64,000 bases of DNA from assembly GCA_022813865.1 (NCBI GenBank), contig JALDZX010000081.1, positions 1-64,000 of the forward strand. The letters are read 5' to 3'. Of the stretch, positions 11,273-24,400 are shown piece after piece. The DNA comes from Xylographa opegraphella. Its lineage: Eukaryota. Made by a program: the position numbers and the translations under genes. The notes beneath the pieces are model-generated. The model saw nothing but the letters and a program-made list of their open reading frames with translations, was not told where the DNA came from and did not search any database. The number at the start of each line of letters is the position of its first letter. Within the stretch, counting starts at the first letter, position 1.

Positions 11273-13371
11273 ATGTCATATTCTTCGCTCCACATTCTGG
11301 GTGTTGATTCCCCTTCCTCCACCCAGCATGCGGATCGGCTGAGCATGTCCGCCATTCGACGTGAGCGTGGCGGACTGGCCGCTGATTGCCCCCCGCACCT
11401 CACACATTCCTTGACCGGTCCCGAACCACCACACGCAGACCATTTAGCGGAGGAAGACGGGGACGAGACCAGCAGTGAGCACACAGAAATCACTACCCCC
11501 CTCAGTCATTCTCGCACCTCCTTCACTCACCTGAACACCGATGGAGTCGGCGACTTCCACTCTCCGCTCGCGTCGGGCAAACCGCTTATTGTCAGCACTC
11601 CAGCAACACCGCCTGCTTCCGATCATGCGCCGACCACGCCTGTACCCATTCCCACCAATTCTGTCCCCGTCGAGGTCTTACCCTCTCCGTCACCCAACAC
11701 CAAGAAGAATACGTTCAAGAGTCTGTTCCGTAGATCCAATTCGCATGCTGGCGAACACCCAACCCCCACATCCTCGGTGATGCTGAAACAGTCAGTGCCA
11801 ACGATCAAGTTGCCTTCACATTGGACTTCGTCTTGCTCGCTGTCGGCATCCCACACTCCCACGGCATCTCAACCCAACACCCCACCCTCCCCTGGCTCAC
11901 CGACTGGCACTCTGGACCATCCCACCGCGAAGAAGTGGGAACCACAAACGCCGAACAAGCCTGCAAGATCATCGACCGGTCTCGGACTGAGAGGGATGGT
12001 CGGGTCCGCCCTCAGCAGCAAGCCGCGCCCTGATCGGCAGCGCTCAACCAGTTTCACCAACTTCGGTGTCGGCACGAAAATGGAGGATGTCGGCATGTTG
12101 TCGCCTCACGATTTCTTTTCGCGACACGCAGAGACTGGGGCCGGGCTGAAGTCGCGTCGAATGAGCATGAATCTTGCCGAGGACTTGGTGGTGGATGCCG
12201 TCGAGCTGGATAGGGAATTTACAAGTGCGAGCAAACTGCCTGGCAAGAGAGGCAAACACCTCGGGAAAGGAGCTACGGCGACCGTCAGGTTGATGACGCG
12301 GAAAGGCCATGGCGAGGAGATTTACGCGGTCAAGGAGTTTCGGAAGAAAGGCCAGCATGAGGATGCGGAGGAGTATGATAAGAAGGTGAAATCCGAGTTC
12401 ACAATTGCCAGGAGTCTGCATCATCCAAACATCGTCGAGAGCATCAGACTGTGCACACATAGTGGCCGGTGGAATGTCGTTATGGAGTATTGCTCATACG
12501 GTGAACTCTTTACACTGGTCGAGAAGCGCTATCTTACCATGGACGACAATTTGTGCTTATGGAAACAACTTCTTCGTGGGGTCAAACATCTACACAACCA
12601 TGGTATCGCGCACCGAGACATCAAGCTGGAGAACCTGCTCATCAATGAAGCGGGACATCTGAAGATAACAGACTTCGGTGTTTCCGAAGTCTTTTGTGGA
12701 GAACATCCAGGTTCGAGAGCAGCTGGAGGAGAATGCGGAAAGAATATGAATGAGGTCCGTCGCTGTGAACCGGGGATATGTGGTAGTCTGCCGTATATTG
12801 CCCCCGAGGTTCTGGAGAAAAATGGTGAGCATGGTCGTTGCGTTTTCTCAAAGGGCTATGGACTCGACTAATCCAGTGCTTAGGCGACTATGATCCTCGT
12901 CCTCTGGATGTGTGGTCCTGCGCGATTGTGCTTCTTACTATGATGTTTCGGGGTCAGCCGTGGTCTCAAGCCAGCCAATCACAACCTTCGTACGCCAGGT
13001 TCGCCGAAGCATGGGATAGACTCGAAGCAAGCCGACAGGAAGGTGTTCCTATTGAAGCGAACGTTCCAACAGATCCTGGCCCAGTTTTCAAGGCCATAAC
13101 GAAACCGGCCTTAAGAATCCTGATACTGAAAATGATGCACCCGCGGCCTGAAAAGCGCATCAGAATCCAAGACGCTGTAAATGACCGATGGGTCAAGATG
13201 ATAGAGTGCTGTGCACACGACGAAGATGACAGGGAGACGAGGAAGCCCATCGATGCTAGCAAAGGGTCAAGTTGCAAAATCAGCAAGAACGTGAAGAGGA
13301 GCCACAATCATCTGCCGCCAGCGCGGAACTGGGTCCCTCAGCATCGATTCGATCTTGGCGATGGTCGGTAG
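11273..13371 (+). CDS. Ser/Thr protein kinase, HAL/NPR family (PTK2/HRK1-like), 2 coding exons
   Basis: LGKGATATV, YAVKEF, KSEFTIARSLHHPNIV, HRDIKLEN, DFG, GSLPYIAPE | YDPRPLDVWS. Long S/P/T-rich N-terminus. Intron about 12825-12884. Start is 11273 or 11345. Likely 5'UTR intron 11149-11214. Confidence 0.9.
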
Positions 13372-15021
13372 TGGCGGGTTTCAGCATCACGTGTAAGAGG
13401 TGTGCCTTGTGTGCTACGGGAGCAGGAGACTTTTCGCGTGTGCAGTAGACTTGTTTCGCCTCCGTGCCATTGGTCCCTGTTTTTGAGCGATACTGCATAT
13501 TTCCGGCGTTGTGTGGCTATCTGCTTCGCAGGCATAGCGTTTTCACCGACCATACGTGCGTATGCTGTTGCCGCCTCCCTTATTGCAAGTACGGCCCTGC
13601 TCGTTGTATACCATTGGCGTTGATGCATAGGCTTGTTCATCAGAAGTTGTACCTGTGTGCTGATAGGAGATGGCCCTTGTCAGTCCTTGGTTGTTGCCAG
13701 CTCAAACCAGTCAAAACACGGTTAAACATCTTTGATACACTAATTCACAACCTTCGCTGAGATTCGTGGGAACAGACAGGGGGAAACTCCATGACAATAC
13801 CAAATATCTTTCTCCGTCCAAGTGATCCTGTTTTACAGCCATTTGTGTCTCATCCTCCTAGCCCGGTTGTCCATCCAAACACAAAGACACAAAGTCGAAT
13901 GCTCCATGCGCAACAGCTCAGCATTCATCACATCATTCCCCCCGTCTTAGCTCCACCAATAATCTGCCCCTTCCCGCCCCCTGAGGCATTGGAGAGACAG
14001 GTTTCGCTCCGAGAGACTGTGCAGACACCCTTGGTCGCTGACAGAACACCGTCCGCTTGAGCGGGCCGAGGATAGCGGTGATGTTGGATCTGAACTCATG
14101 AACGAGAAAGCTTTGTACTTTACAAGCGCAAGGAAGGAATAGAAGGCTCCCCCGCACGAGCTCTAGCCTATATCTGGAGTCAGCCCTTGGGTTACTTCAT
14201 CATGAACCTCCAAACGTCTTCCTCGTCAGTCCTCGCCATGGATCCATTTTCGCACACGTACGACCTACTGAACCTGAGGCGCACCCAGTGAGAACAATCG
14301 AAAGGTGAAATTTGACACCACTGAAACCGGACTGCGCAGCAAGCTCCCCGATACACGGTTGGCATAGCCGACTCGTGCTTTGGGAGTCGAGCTTGGGTGG
14401 GACCGTCCAGGGGCATTGCCCTGGATGGACCTGCATGGCACTCTACCTCCCATGATCGCTGATTCTGGTATCTTCGAGTGATTCCCGAGTTATGGCATCA
14501 GCAGCTGAGCTTCTATGCGACTGCTTCCCCTGTTTTATTATGTTTTCGTCGTTGGGTCCTTCTGTAGGACTGCTTAACTCTGGGCATTCATACTCCTGCG
14601 CCAACAGCTCTAGCAATTGGAAACTAGGCAGTCTACAGAAGCATACTCAACGAGGCTGGAATCATGCACCCAAGAGGTACGGTTGAGCTAATGCTATCGC
14701 CCACGGATAACCACTGTGTCGTGTAGATATTGCAGCTGCAGACGGAAACTCTAAAGGGGAGCTGCTACGGAAGTCTCCTCGCCACACGAGTGACCTGCAT
14801 ACCTTTACGAAACATCTAGGTCTGTGATACTGTGGTATGAGGCTGTGGAAGCCCTCCATCCGCATGTGCAGATAGGTTGCCTTTAATAGCTATACAGAAA
14901 ACTTTCGAGGTACACCACGATGGCCGATAAGTAGCTGGTATTGCTCTTTGCTAATTCCCGCTGAATTTGTTGTTTCATACATATCCTATTGCTTTCATTC
15001 AAGCTGAACAACAGATTTGGT

Positions 15022-16031
15022 ATGACTTCTCGGTCTATCACGCTCGATTGTAATACGAATTCGGCCATCATACCTCTTCGCTCATCGCTCTGGAATCGTA
15101 TCGTCCGCTTTACCACGCTCGCCCTGGTCCTTGTGTCCGCTATATCAGCTGTCCTCGTTGACATAGACATCTCCACCAACGAGTTTGTCGCCTGGCTCGA
15201 GGGTGAATGCGGATGTCGTCGACAACTGCTCCTTCATCACGAATCTCATAAACGAAACCATGACCGATATCGAGCAAGAATGGTACAGCAAAGCCCAATG
15301 CTACGCCCTTCGAACGGGGATCATATCATGGATTCGCTTGCTACTCACCAGCTGGATTGTCTACTGTCATACCACCGACCGTAAGCCTCTTAAGTTCTGG
15401 TCCACCTAAACGCCCCGAGCACGGCGTCTGGGTTACCATCCTATCTGTTCTTACCGGCGCCATCACCATTCCTGCCTTCACTATACACCGTTACCGCGGT
15501 GAATGCCAGCTCATCGCCGTTTCGGTGTATAAAATGGCTAACGTTGTAGCCCCTACCGTTGCCGGTCTGCACTGCTCCAGCGAAGTGTGTCGCAAGAACA
15601 AGCCCCGCGAAGGCAAATTCGGATCTCCCGGTGTCTGGGTTTGGTCCTGGATGGTTGTCTATAGTGCGTCGTTTCTTGCTGGTAACACGGGTCTGATTGA
15701 TGTCGTGAAGCGACTCCTGCACGATTGACACCGGGTCATTGCCAATCCGGTAGCCTGTGGGTCTGTGGCGGGCGTGACGGTCACCTTGGGTGCCGCGTAT
15801 GCGGTCTTCGATTGCTTAGTGGCCAAACACGCGCACCTGTGGGACGGGATTGGAGTGGTTGCCGGCGTAACATTGATGTGCAGCGTCTCACTGAACGAGT
15901 GGACGCCGGCAGTGGTGAAGTATAACCTGCTCGGCATACCGATCGTGAAGTCGTCAATTCCGTGATTGGAGATTCTTTGGTGGAAAGAGACTGCTTCTGT
16001 GCTCACCATGCAGGCGGACCAGCAACCCTAG
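15022..16031 (+). pseudogene. Pseudogene of a multi-pass membrane protein of unknown function
   Basis: Hydrophobic coding-like segments across frames, with apparent frameshifts near 15180 and 15400 and in-frame TGA at 15726-15728 and 15963-15965. Confidence 0.6.
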
Positions 16032-17363
16032 GGTACCTGACGCCAGCACTAGCGGCGGGTAAGCCCTATTCAACATGCAAAGCGTCGTCGGAGTGATCTT
16101 GACCCCCGCTCTCGATCCCGTCAGCGGCTATGTCGATACTCGATATAGAAATTACTTCGCATATAGACCATGCGGGGTCGTTGAGAAATATCAGGCACGT
16201 AGACGACGACGAGGTGTGCGCGAAGAAGAGTGGATGACTGATACTTGTTGAGGACGAGTCGTCTTGCGGTACGCTCGACGAACAGCGCATCCTGGCGACG
16301 GTGGGAGTTGGTCATGCCAGGTCGATGGCTGTGTAATTCGCGCTACATGCAATCCACTGCCCTTACTCTGTCCATACAGCTGTGGTAACAATTCATACCA
16401 TCGTCCAATTTCAACTCTCAAGCCGCGTCGCTTTTGACCTGCACCCCCGATTCCCCACTCATCATGAACAGTAGAGTCCCTTTCTTCTCTCCCTATACTT
16501 TCCGCTCATTCACACTGATAACCAGCTCCATCCCGTCCTGCCGCGCTCCGACCACCAAGCAAACTCCTACAACAGTGCCAGCTGCTCTGGCGACACCCAG
16601 GACTATCATTCCGGCGGCTCGGACTTCGGCTGCGTCGGCACCTGACACCAATTCTCGGCCGGCCTGTGTAGCATTCCCAAGCTGAGTTTCAATTTACTAC
16701 GAAGATTACGCTGTCCGATACAAACTGCAAGTCGGACCACCCAATCCATTTACATAAGCGTAATTCTTACACCTGTAGTGCGTGCACCTGCAGTAATGTG
16801 GGCCAGGGTAACACGCCGACGGCGAGCTACTTCGCGACTTTCCACGGCTCGGACGAGGCGGTGGACTCGGTTGGCATTTTGAGCGTGGTGTACAACAGCT
16901 GCACGGATTTGCGCTGAAGGAATAATCGTGCTAGTCATATGATGGGTGTTGGGTCAGGGCTCCGAACGAGGAGGTGGGCGGTGGAGCCAATGGACTGGAG
17001 AGATTTATGGGTGGACGATGAGTGGACGATGAGTGGGAAAAGGGGAGCACGGTCGTTTGCAAAGTCAAGTGGTGTTTATATGCGAAGGCGGTCGTTCGAC
17101 CAACCATTTCTTCGGAAGCATGCCACGTCGTGGTGCTTAGGACACTATACTGGGAGGTGCCAAAAATATTAAGTCACATATTTTCTAGACCATGTAAGCC
17201 TAAGAATCGCCAATCGTGAAGTCTCAGAGCCTACAGTGCCAGATACCCTCTGATGCGATGTACTGCCGGAACGATAATGCATGCTCGCCGCTTCCAAGCC
17301 CACCATATTCCGTGCTGTGCACATGTGCAAGGAGTTGAAGTTTGTGCGCCGACGAAATCCCGC

Positions 17364-19786
17364 TTACGCTCTTCCAGCCATAATTCCTCGTTTCCCAGAC
17401 TCGCCCTCCGCACTATCCTCCAGCACGCCTGTCAATCCCTCTCCACTGTTGAGACTGCTTCTCTTGGCCTTCCTTGTAGACTTCACTGCAACCGCAGGTG
17501 TTGACGGTACCACTGCAGAATAACTTGTTCCCCTGTCCCCTGATCTCAGGGAGGACTTCGGACTATCTTTTGTGCTCTCCTTGATGCTATTGATGCTTGC
17601 GACTGTCGAGCCGGACGAGTTGTTCAGGAGTTGTGGAGGGGCAGGGGGAGCAGTAGCGGCGGGCGTTTGAGAGAAATCTTTCCATTTGCGCCAGCCATCG
17701 AAGTCGATGAGCGCTTGCATGCAGCCCCACTCCATGACCTTACGCTCAAGCCAGACGAAGTTCACGGGCTGGTTGTAAAAAGTGTCAGTACGACATGAGG
17801 CAAAAACCAGGAGGACAGTAACATGGACAGAGAATAGGGCTTCGGGAGAAAGGGGACAAACCTTGGTCAGAAAGTCATTGCATCCCGCCGCCAAGGCCTC
17901 ATGCCTATCGCTCTGCAGACTACTGGCTGTCAAAGCGACAATGATCACCGGGCTCTTGAACAGTTCTGTGTTCATCAGTCGATCCTCATCTGCGGCTCCA
18001 TCCGCAACGTCATTTGATTTCTCAATCGCATCCCCGTCGATACTACCTTTCCCATTGACGCTACTTCTACCACTCACACTACCGGCCAGCACACCGATCT
18101 CATTGACTCTTTCGAGTCTTCGAATCTCTTTCGTAGCTTCCAGACCATTCATGACTGGGAGTTGAATGTCCATCAAGACCAAATGGAAACCACCAGCCCT
18201 CCATTTGTTCACCGCCTCACGTCCGTTCATGGCGGTATGCCACCTAACCTTCAGGCGTTTCATGAAAGCCTCGAGTAGTTTCAAGTTTATAATGTTATCT
18301 TCGACGATGAGAACGTTTATAGGTGGAACGGCACCGTCGAGAAGACCTTTAGGTAAAGCAGGTTGTGTGCGTCCACTTTTCTTCTGACGACTAGGCTTTG
18401 CGGGCCTTGGGGACGAGATTCGTGGAGGAGGCGAGATTGATCGTTGAGACGTAGCAGGTATGGGCGGCGTAGGGAGATTCTGAGGGACTGGATGAGCAGA
18501 TGGATGGGACGCGCGAGGGTCTGTAAAGGCATTGGTTACCGCCAAGTCCAAAGGTAGCAGAAGGGTTATGCGAACTTACCACCATGGCCTGCAACTGTAG
18601 AGAGAATTGTTGGCGATGTTGTATGGTTGCGAACATACTTCGGTCGATTTTGAACATGCCTCGTCCCTCTACTCCCAGGCGAAGGTAATGGTGGTGGTTG
18701 GCCGGTGGTCAAAATGGACATCGCATGCTGGGCGTGGCCGTTGCCAGTATTATTATGGACAGAGAGATTTGAAGCGTGATGGGGCGATGAAGCTCCTGGA
18801 AGCATGGGCGGGAAATAATCCGATCCGCCTTCAATAGGCCTTATGTCTTCGGTGAGATAGTAGGGCATATGTACTCTCGGCGATTGCCGCGGTGTCCGTC
18901 GTTGAGGTACGTCGATGATCAAAGCTTCATCTACAGTCTGGCCCCCAGGATAGTATGCATCCAAAGTTCGTGTGATAGGTTCCTCAGGACCAAGTGTTCG
19001 TTCATTGTTGTTTTTGTGCCGGTGCGAGTGATCTCGCTGTACGATGCGCAACGTGACATCCGGTGCGTCAAAACTCCTCCCAAGAGAATTGGCATATTTA
19101 CGCAGTATCATCTCGCGTACATCATCCACCAGGTCATCTTCACTAATCACCACTAGAGTTGCTGACGCATTTGGTCGTCTAACCCATATCTTCCGGTGTA
19201 GCATGCTGGCACTCAACGTAGCAGGTCGTCCAAATGAGTCTTGCGATTCTGGCCGGGAATGGCCCCTCTCGGCCTCTAAAAGGGTCTTGATGAAACGCTT
19301 CTGATTGTTATGCACCAATGATTGCTGCCTCGAACCGATATCAGGTCGGTTGTGTTTTGTCGTATATATAACTTCGTCATGCGCTGTAGGAACTTGTGAT
19401 GCATCCAGCTCATCCACTGCCGTCAGTGGACGCAAAGGGTCAGGCGTAGCTTCTTCTAGAGTAACCACAGGTGTCTCCCTAAGTATGGGGGTAATTTGTG
19501 AGGCATCTAGGCTTGTGTTGTGCAGTTCTTGAGGCTCGATTGATTGACCTCCGGTAGCATACGTTGAGGCAGAAGCCAGTGGTGGAGGCAGTGCTGACTG
19601 CTCCGTATCCTCTTCGTAGACGGGCTCCACGCTCCCCTTGCGGCCTTTCGACGTCAAGAGCAGCGACGTCTTGCTACGTGATCGATGTGCGTCGGTCACA
19701 CTAGCGGATGAGGAAACGGAGGATTTGGCCGACGAGGCAGAAGATCGGCGGAATAGTGGCAGTAACCTCGTCTTTAGGTCTGTCAT
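17364..19786 (-). CDS. SSK1: HOG-pathway response regulator Ssk1, 3 exons
   Basis: RKIWVRRPNASATLV..DDLVDDVREMILRKYANSLG. Receiver VPPINVLIVEDNIIN..LMDIQLPVMNG..IVALTASSLQSDRHEALAAGCNDFLTK|PVNFVWLERKVMEWGCMQALIDFDGW. Alternative start 19804. Confidence 0.95.
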
Positions 19787-21436
19787 GATGCCTCTCACGT
19801 TCATACAGTCCCGGTCTGCGGTGCTGCAGCTGCAGCCGCTCAAGAATGAGCTCTCAGCGCCGCGAGAGTCACATGGAAACTATCGCGGATTGACGGGTTC
19901 CGAGTATAAGGTGTCCGCTTGTACAACTGTGGCGTGTCTGGTCTGCTTCCGCGATACAGGACTCCTGGGAGCCCGCGTGAAGGAGAAGGGATGGTCGTTG
20001 AAGGGGGAGGCTTTGATGGGATACAGTGTTTGCATGATCGAGGGAGGTCGTCTACATCTACCAACTTCGACTCCGTACAGGGCGGTGATTCGACGGTTGA
20101 AAATTCTCGAGCATGCAGATATCCAGGATGCAGGCTCCCAAAGCCAGGGCCGTTGGCTGGCTCGGCCCTGTTTTTCGGCGAGCGTCAAGCGGCGAAAGCA
20201 AGTGAAGACCCCTGACTTCCGGGCCTGACTGCAGAGAATAGGGAAATGATGAGGCACAAGCCCCTGGGGGTCTGGGAGGCCGGCTCCAACTCCGCTAACT
20301 GGCATCGGGTCATTGGGGGGTCCGGCCCGCTGCTTAATTTACGAAAGATCATCCTGGCTGTCTACCTTCTTCCACATCAGGCTTTCATATCAACAAACAC
20401 CGTTCGAGATGCTGTCCCCCACGATCTCCGTACCTGCTTTTACTTCGCAGGTAGACCCTAAAGAATTATACCGCCGCTGACCCGATTGCAGTATCGCCTC
20501 AGTGGCCCTCGTCCGCAGTGTATTGGGCGCTATATTAGACCTGGAACCGAGACCTCCAAGGGCAATAAGAGAGACCTTTATCAAGCTCTGCGACTGTTAA
20601 CTCGATATTGCACAGTATCGGCGCGTTGTCTGCACACAGGAACGTAGCAGGACTACGATGAAGAGGATATAATGTTTCCCGAGGTGAGCAAACGCCAGAA
20701 GTGGTCGAGACCGACTTCGACAATGCTCGAGGACACGGTGCGGGACATACATTTTCATTCCGAGTCTACATGTTTGACCAATAATCATTGAGCGTTGCTG
20801 ATATGCCCCGACCACGCACCTGCGGAGGGCTCGGGCTCTTCGGGCAGTAAAGGCAGTACGGATAGGCGTTGAGAGTCAGTTCTTCTTCTGCTCTAGACTT
20901 TCAAAAACGACGTGCCGAAGGACTGCCTAAAATATACCTCAATCATGTTCTCTAGTCTATACATTATATTGAATACCAAGATTTTGGTTGCATAAAATCC
21001 ATAATACCCCACATATCTGCCCGCCAGAACGTTATCCGCCAGCATGTCGAGAGTGAGGCCGAGGTTCTAAAAGAAGAGTCTAGAGTAATGCCTAACTGAT
21101 CATCAATCCACCGACATAATCCCCTAGTCTCACAGAGCGTACACGTTCTTTGTATAGAGCAATGGACAACACATTCCTTGAAGGTGACTTTACAGTGACG
21201 TCGTGTCGTGCAATGAACTGAATCTGCTAAGCCACGCAGGCGCCTATTAGGTCAGTAGGTAGGGATAGCACGGTAGGTATCCAGTTCCGCCCCACTTCGC
21301 AGGCCTGGACAGGATTGATGCTGGGTTGTCGAGTGTATCGTGCACTGTTGGCCACGCGAAAGGCGAGTTTTCGGTCTCAGGAGGTGGTCCTGCGCGGCCA
21401 TACGCCACTCGTTTGGCCACGACCATCGTGTCATCT

Positions 21437-24400
21437 ATGAATATTCCACATTCGATCTTTACCGTGCCACAGAAACGCTCGACAACCCAAGTCTCTGCCG
21501 TCGGCGCAAAACGAATAGAGGGTTCGTTGAGGAGATCGAGTACTCCGGAAAACTACCTTGCGCCCGACAGGTTTACTTCTGCTGCTTCCAAAACCTTGAC
21601 TTCCGAGGCTCGAAAGGCCGGACAGAGCGCTGTTACCGTAGCCACTTCTGAGACCTTGAAGCATTTCAACGGCTGGTCATGGAAGTCAGGCAGCTTGTTA
21701 GAGCAGGACCATCACCTCCAACGGCGTGAACGCTCGGCATCCATCTCCAATGTGCCCAGGTCTGACGCCGTGAACCATAACCCCATTGTTCATGGTATAA
21801 AGCGGTCGCTACCTCCGGAGTTCCTGAAACCGATTCCTCCTTTTAATGACAATACGCACAAGAAAGCGCGTGGTGTTCTAATCCGGCCTCGACATACTTT
21901 AGATCCTTCAACGTTCCCCAAAGGTCCTTCCGTGAGCGATTTACAACCACCATCACCACTATTCTTCTCTAACAGTCGACGCGCTCGCCCCCCCTTGCCA
22001 CCTCGATTTTCAAGTTCTGAAGCAGGAGTAACCATGTTGAACAAAGCCGGTATGGAGGAAGGGAGCAAAATCAGAACAGTGAAAATGGCCAGAGGACTGA
22101 TGAACTTGGGAAGCAGTCCGCCACGGGCGGCAAGTACACCGAATGCTCGGCCTCCTGCTGAAAGATCCAGTCTTTCCATGTCTAGGGAATTTTCTCCTGA
22201 CGACAGGGAAACGTCCAGCGACTCACAAGCTCTGGGTCAGATAGGGGTTAAAGAGTTTCTAGAGCTGGACGACAGGCCGACTTTCATCATAGACCTAGTC
22301 AATCAAGCAAATCAGAAACCGGGACCTATACACCTGGCATATGTGAACTTATGTTTAAGAAGTTATCCAGGGCTTCTGAGCCTAATCGCGGGGAATGCCA
22401 CTGAGGAGTCCCTGGGACTGGCTGCTACAACCGCTTTTCCAGAGTTCAAGGCCTGGGCAACAAGCTTTGTGAAGAATAATGAGTCTCTCGACGTCTGTTT
22501 ACCTTCCTTTCTCTTTGCCGGAATGAACTGGACTTGTTCGACGTTAAGGAAACGATTCCGGATTATAAATGGGAGCCCTCCCCATGGCGCCAACAGTGTT
22601 AGCTCAAACCCTCCCTCCACAGGTACACCCGTCATTCAATCATTTGCCAACACACTATCAAGCAGCTATTTGAGATCTGACGAGAGAGACTCAAGATCGA
22701 CCCTAGATGAGCCAGCTGACTACTTCGGGGATGCGCAGATTCCTGTTTCGTTGAGTACAGATATCCAAGGTTCAGAAGAAGTCGTTCCTACCATTGAAAC
22801 GCCAGAGACAAGGAAAGTAATCCAGAATAGGGATTTGATATCGGATGGAAAATTCGACGTGATACCTAATGCGAAAGCTTCGAAACCTAGCGAACCGTCT
22901 TCGCCACTGGGTACACGATACCCTGAAGCTATGCTCGGAGCTGCGACTGCTAGTCATGTGGATCCGTTCGAAAATCCGATGGTCTCAGATCAAGGTTTCT
23001 TTGATTGGACACGCCTGCCTGTAACTCCCGCTTTACCACGACATATCCAGTTTGCTAGAAGCATTGATTGGGCTTCCACAAGCTTAGGACCCATAGAGAC
23101 GTGGCCAGCAGCATTGCGAGGCATGTGCAATCTTATCATGGCCAGCCCACACCCGGCAGCAATGTACTGGGGGGATGATTTGATTGCAATCTATAATGAG
23201 CCTTACATCTTGCTGGCTGGTCAGAAGCACCCCGCTTTAATGGGCCAGAGCTATCGACTGGCTTGGTCGGAAATTTGGGATGCCGTGAAGGATGTTTTTG
23301 CTAATGCTATAACAACGGGACAAGCTACTATGAAAGATGATGACTGTTTGTTCATGCGAAGATCTGGCTTTCTTGAAGAAACCTATTTTTCATGGTTTGT
23401 TGAAATGTGAGGAATCTTTGAGTGCGATGTGCTAATGTGCCAACTAGGTCTATCATTCCCTTAGTAGGTGATGATGGGTCCGTCGTTGGGTTGTACAATC
23501 CAGCTTTCGAGAAAACCCGCCGAAAAATTGCAGAACGACGCATGCTTACTCTACGTGAAGTGGGTGAGAAAACAGCGGCGGCACGAGAAGTCAAAGGTTT
23601 TTGGGGCCAGGTGCTCAAAGGACTCGAATATAACGAACATGATACACCCTTCGTTTTGCTTTATTCGGTTGCTGAAGACAGCGAAAGTGATGTGTCTTCA
23701 GTGCATTCTGCGAGTATCATGGGCACCAAGCAATGTGTACTGGAAGGCACGCTTCCAAAAATCCCTGAAAACCACAAAGCAGCTCCCAGCCAAATAGATC
23801 TCAAGGCGGGAATCGAAGGGTTTGGCTCAGCATTTAGAGAGGCATTAACAAGTGATCGACCTATACTGTTGGAGACTGAGAAAGGTACGCTTGATGTTGG
23901 TATGATCGATGGAATTGATTGGCGAGGCTTTGGTGAGATGCCTCGAGCAGCGGTTGTTTGTCCTATCCAACCCACAATTGGTGACGAGAATGCGATACTG
24001 GGCTTTCTAGTCATGGGGATAAATCCTCGACGTCCTTACGATGATGATTATAACCTTTTTGTGCAGCTCCTAAGTCGGCAGGTTGCAACGTCAATGGCAT
24101 CAGTCGTTCTATTCGAGGAGGAGATCAGGCGAGGACAGCAAGCAGCAAGATTAGCAGCACTTGATCGAATAGAACTCTCGGAGCAGCTTGCAATTCGTAC
24201 ACAAGAAGCTGTTGAAAGCGAGACAAAGTTCACCCGAATGGCTGAATTCGCGCCGGTGGGAATGTTTATTGCGAATTCAACAGGCAAGATCACTTACTGT
24301 AATGACATGTTTTATGAAATTTCACGTTACCCAAAGGAAGAAGATGCCTCAGATGATTGGATGGATGTTATAAAGGATGAGGATAAGGACTTTGCGTTGC

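Noticed and set aside
16460..16760. Possible small Cys-containing protein relic (NSYNSASCSGDTQDYHSGGSDFGC)
   Set aside because: No coherent start, splice model or recognisable family.
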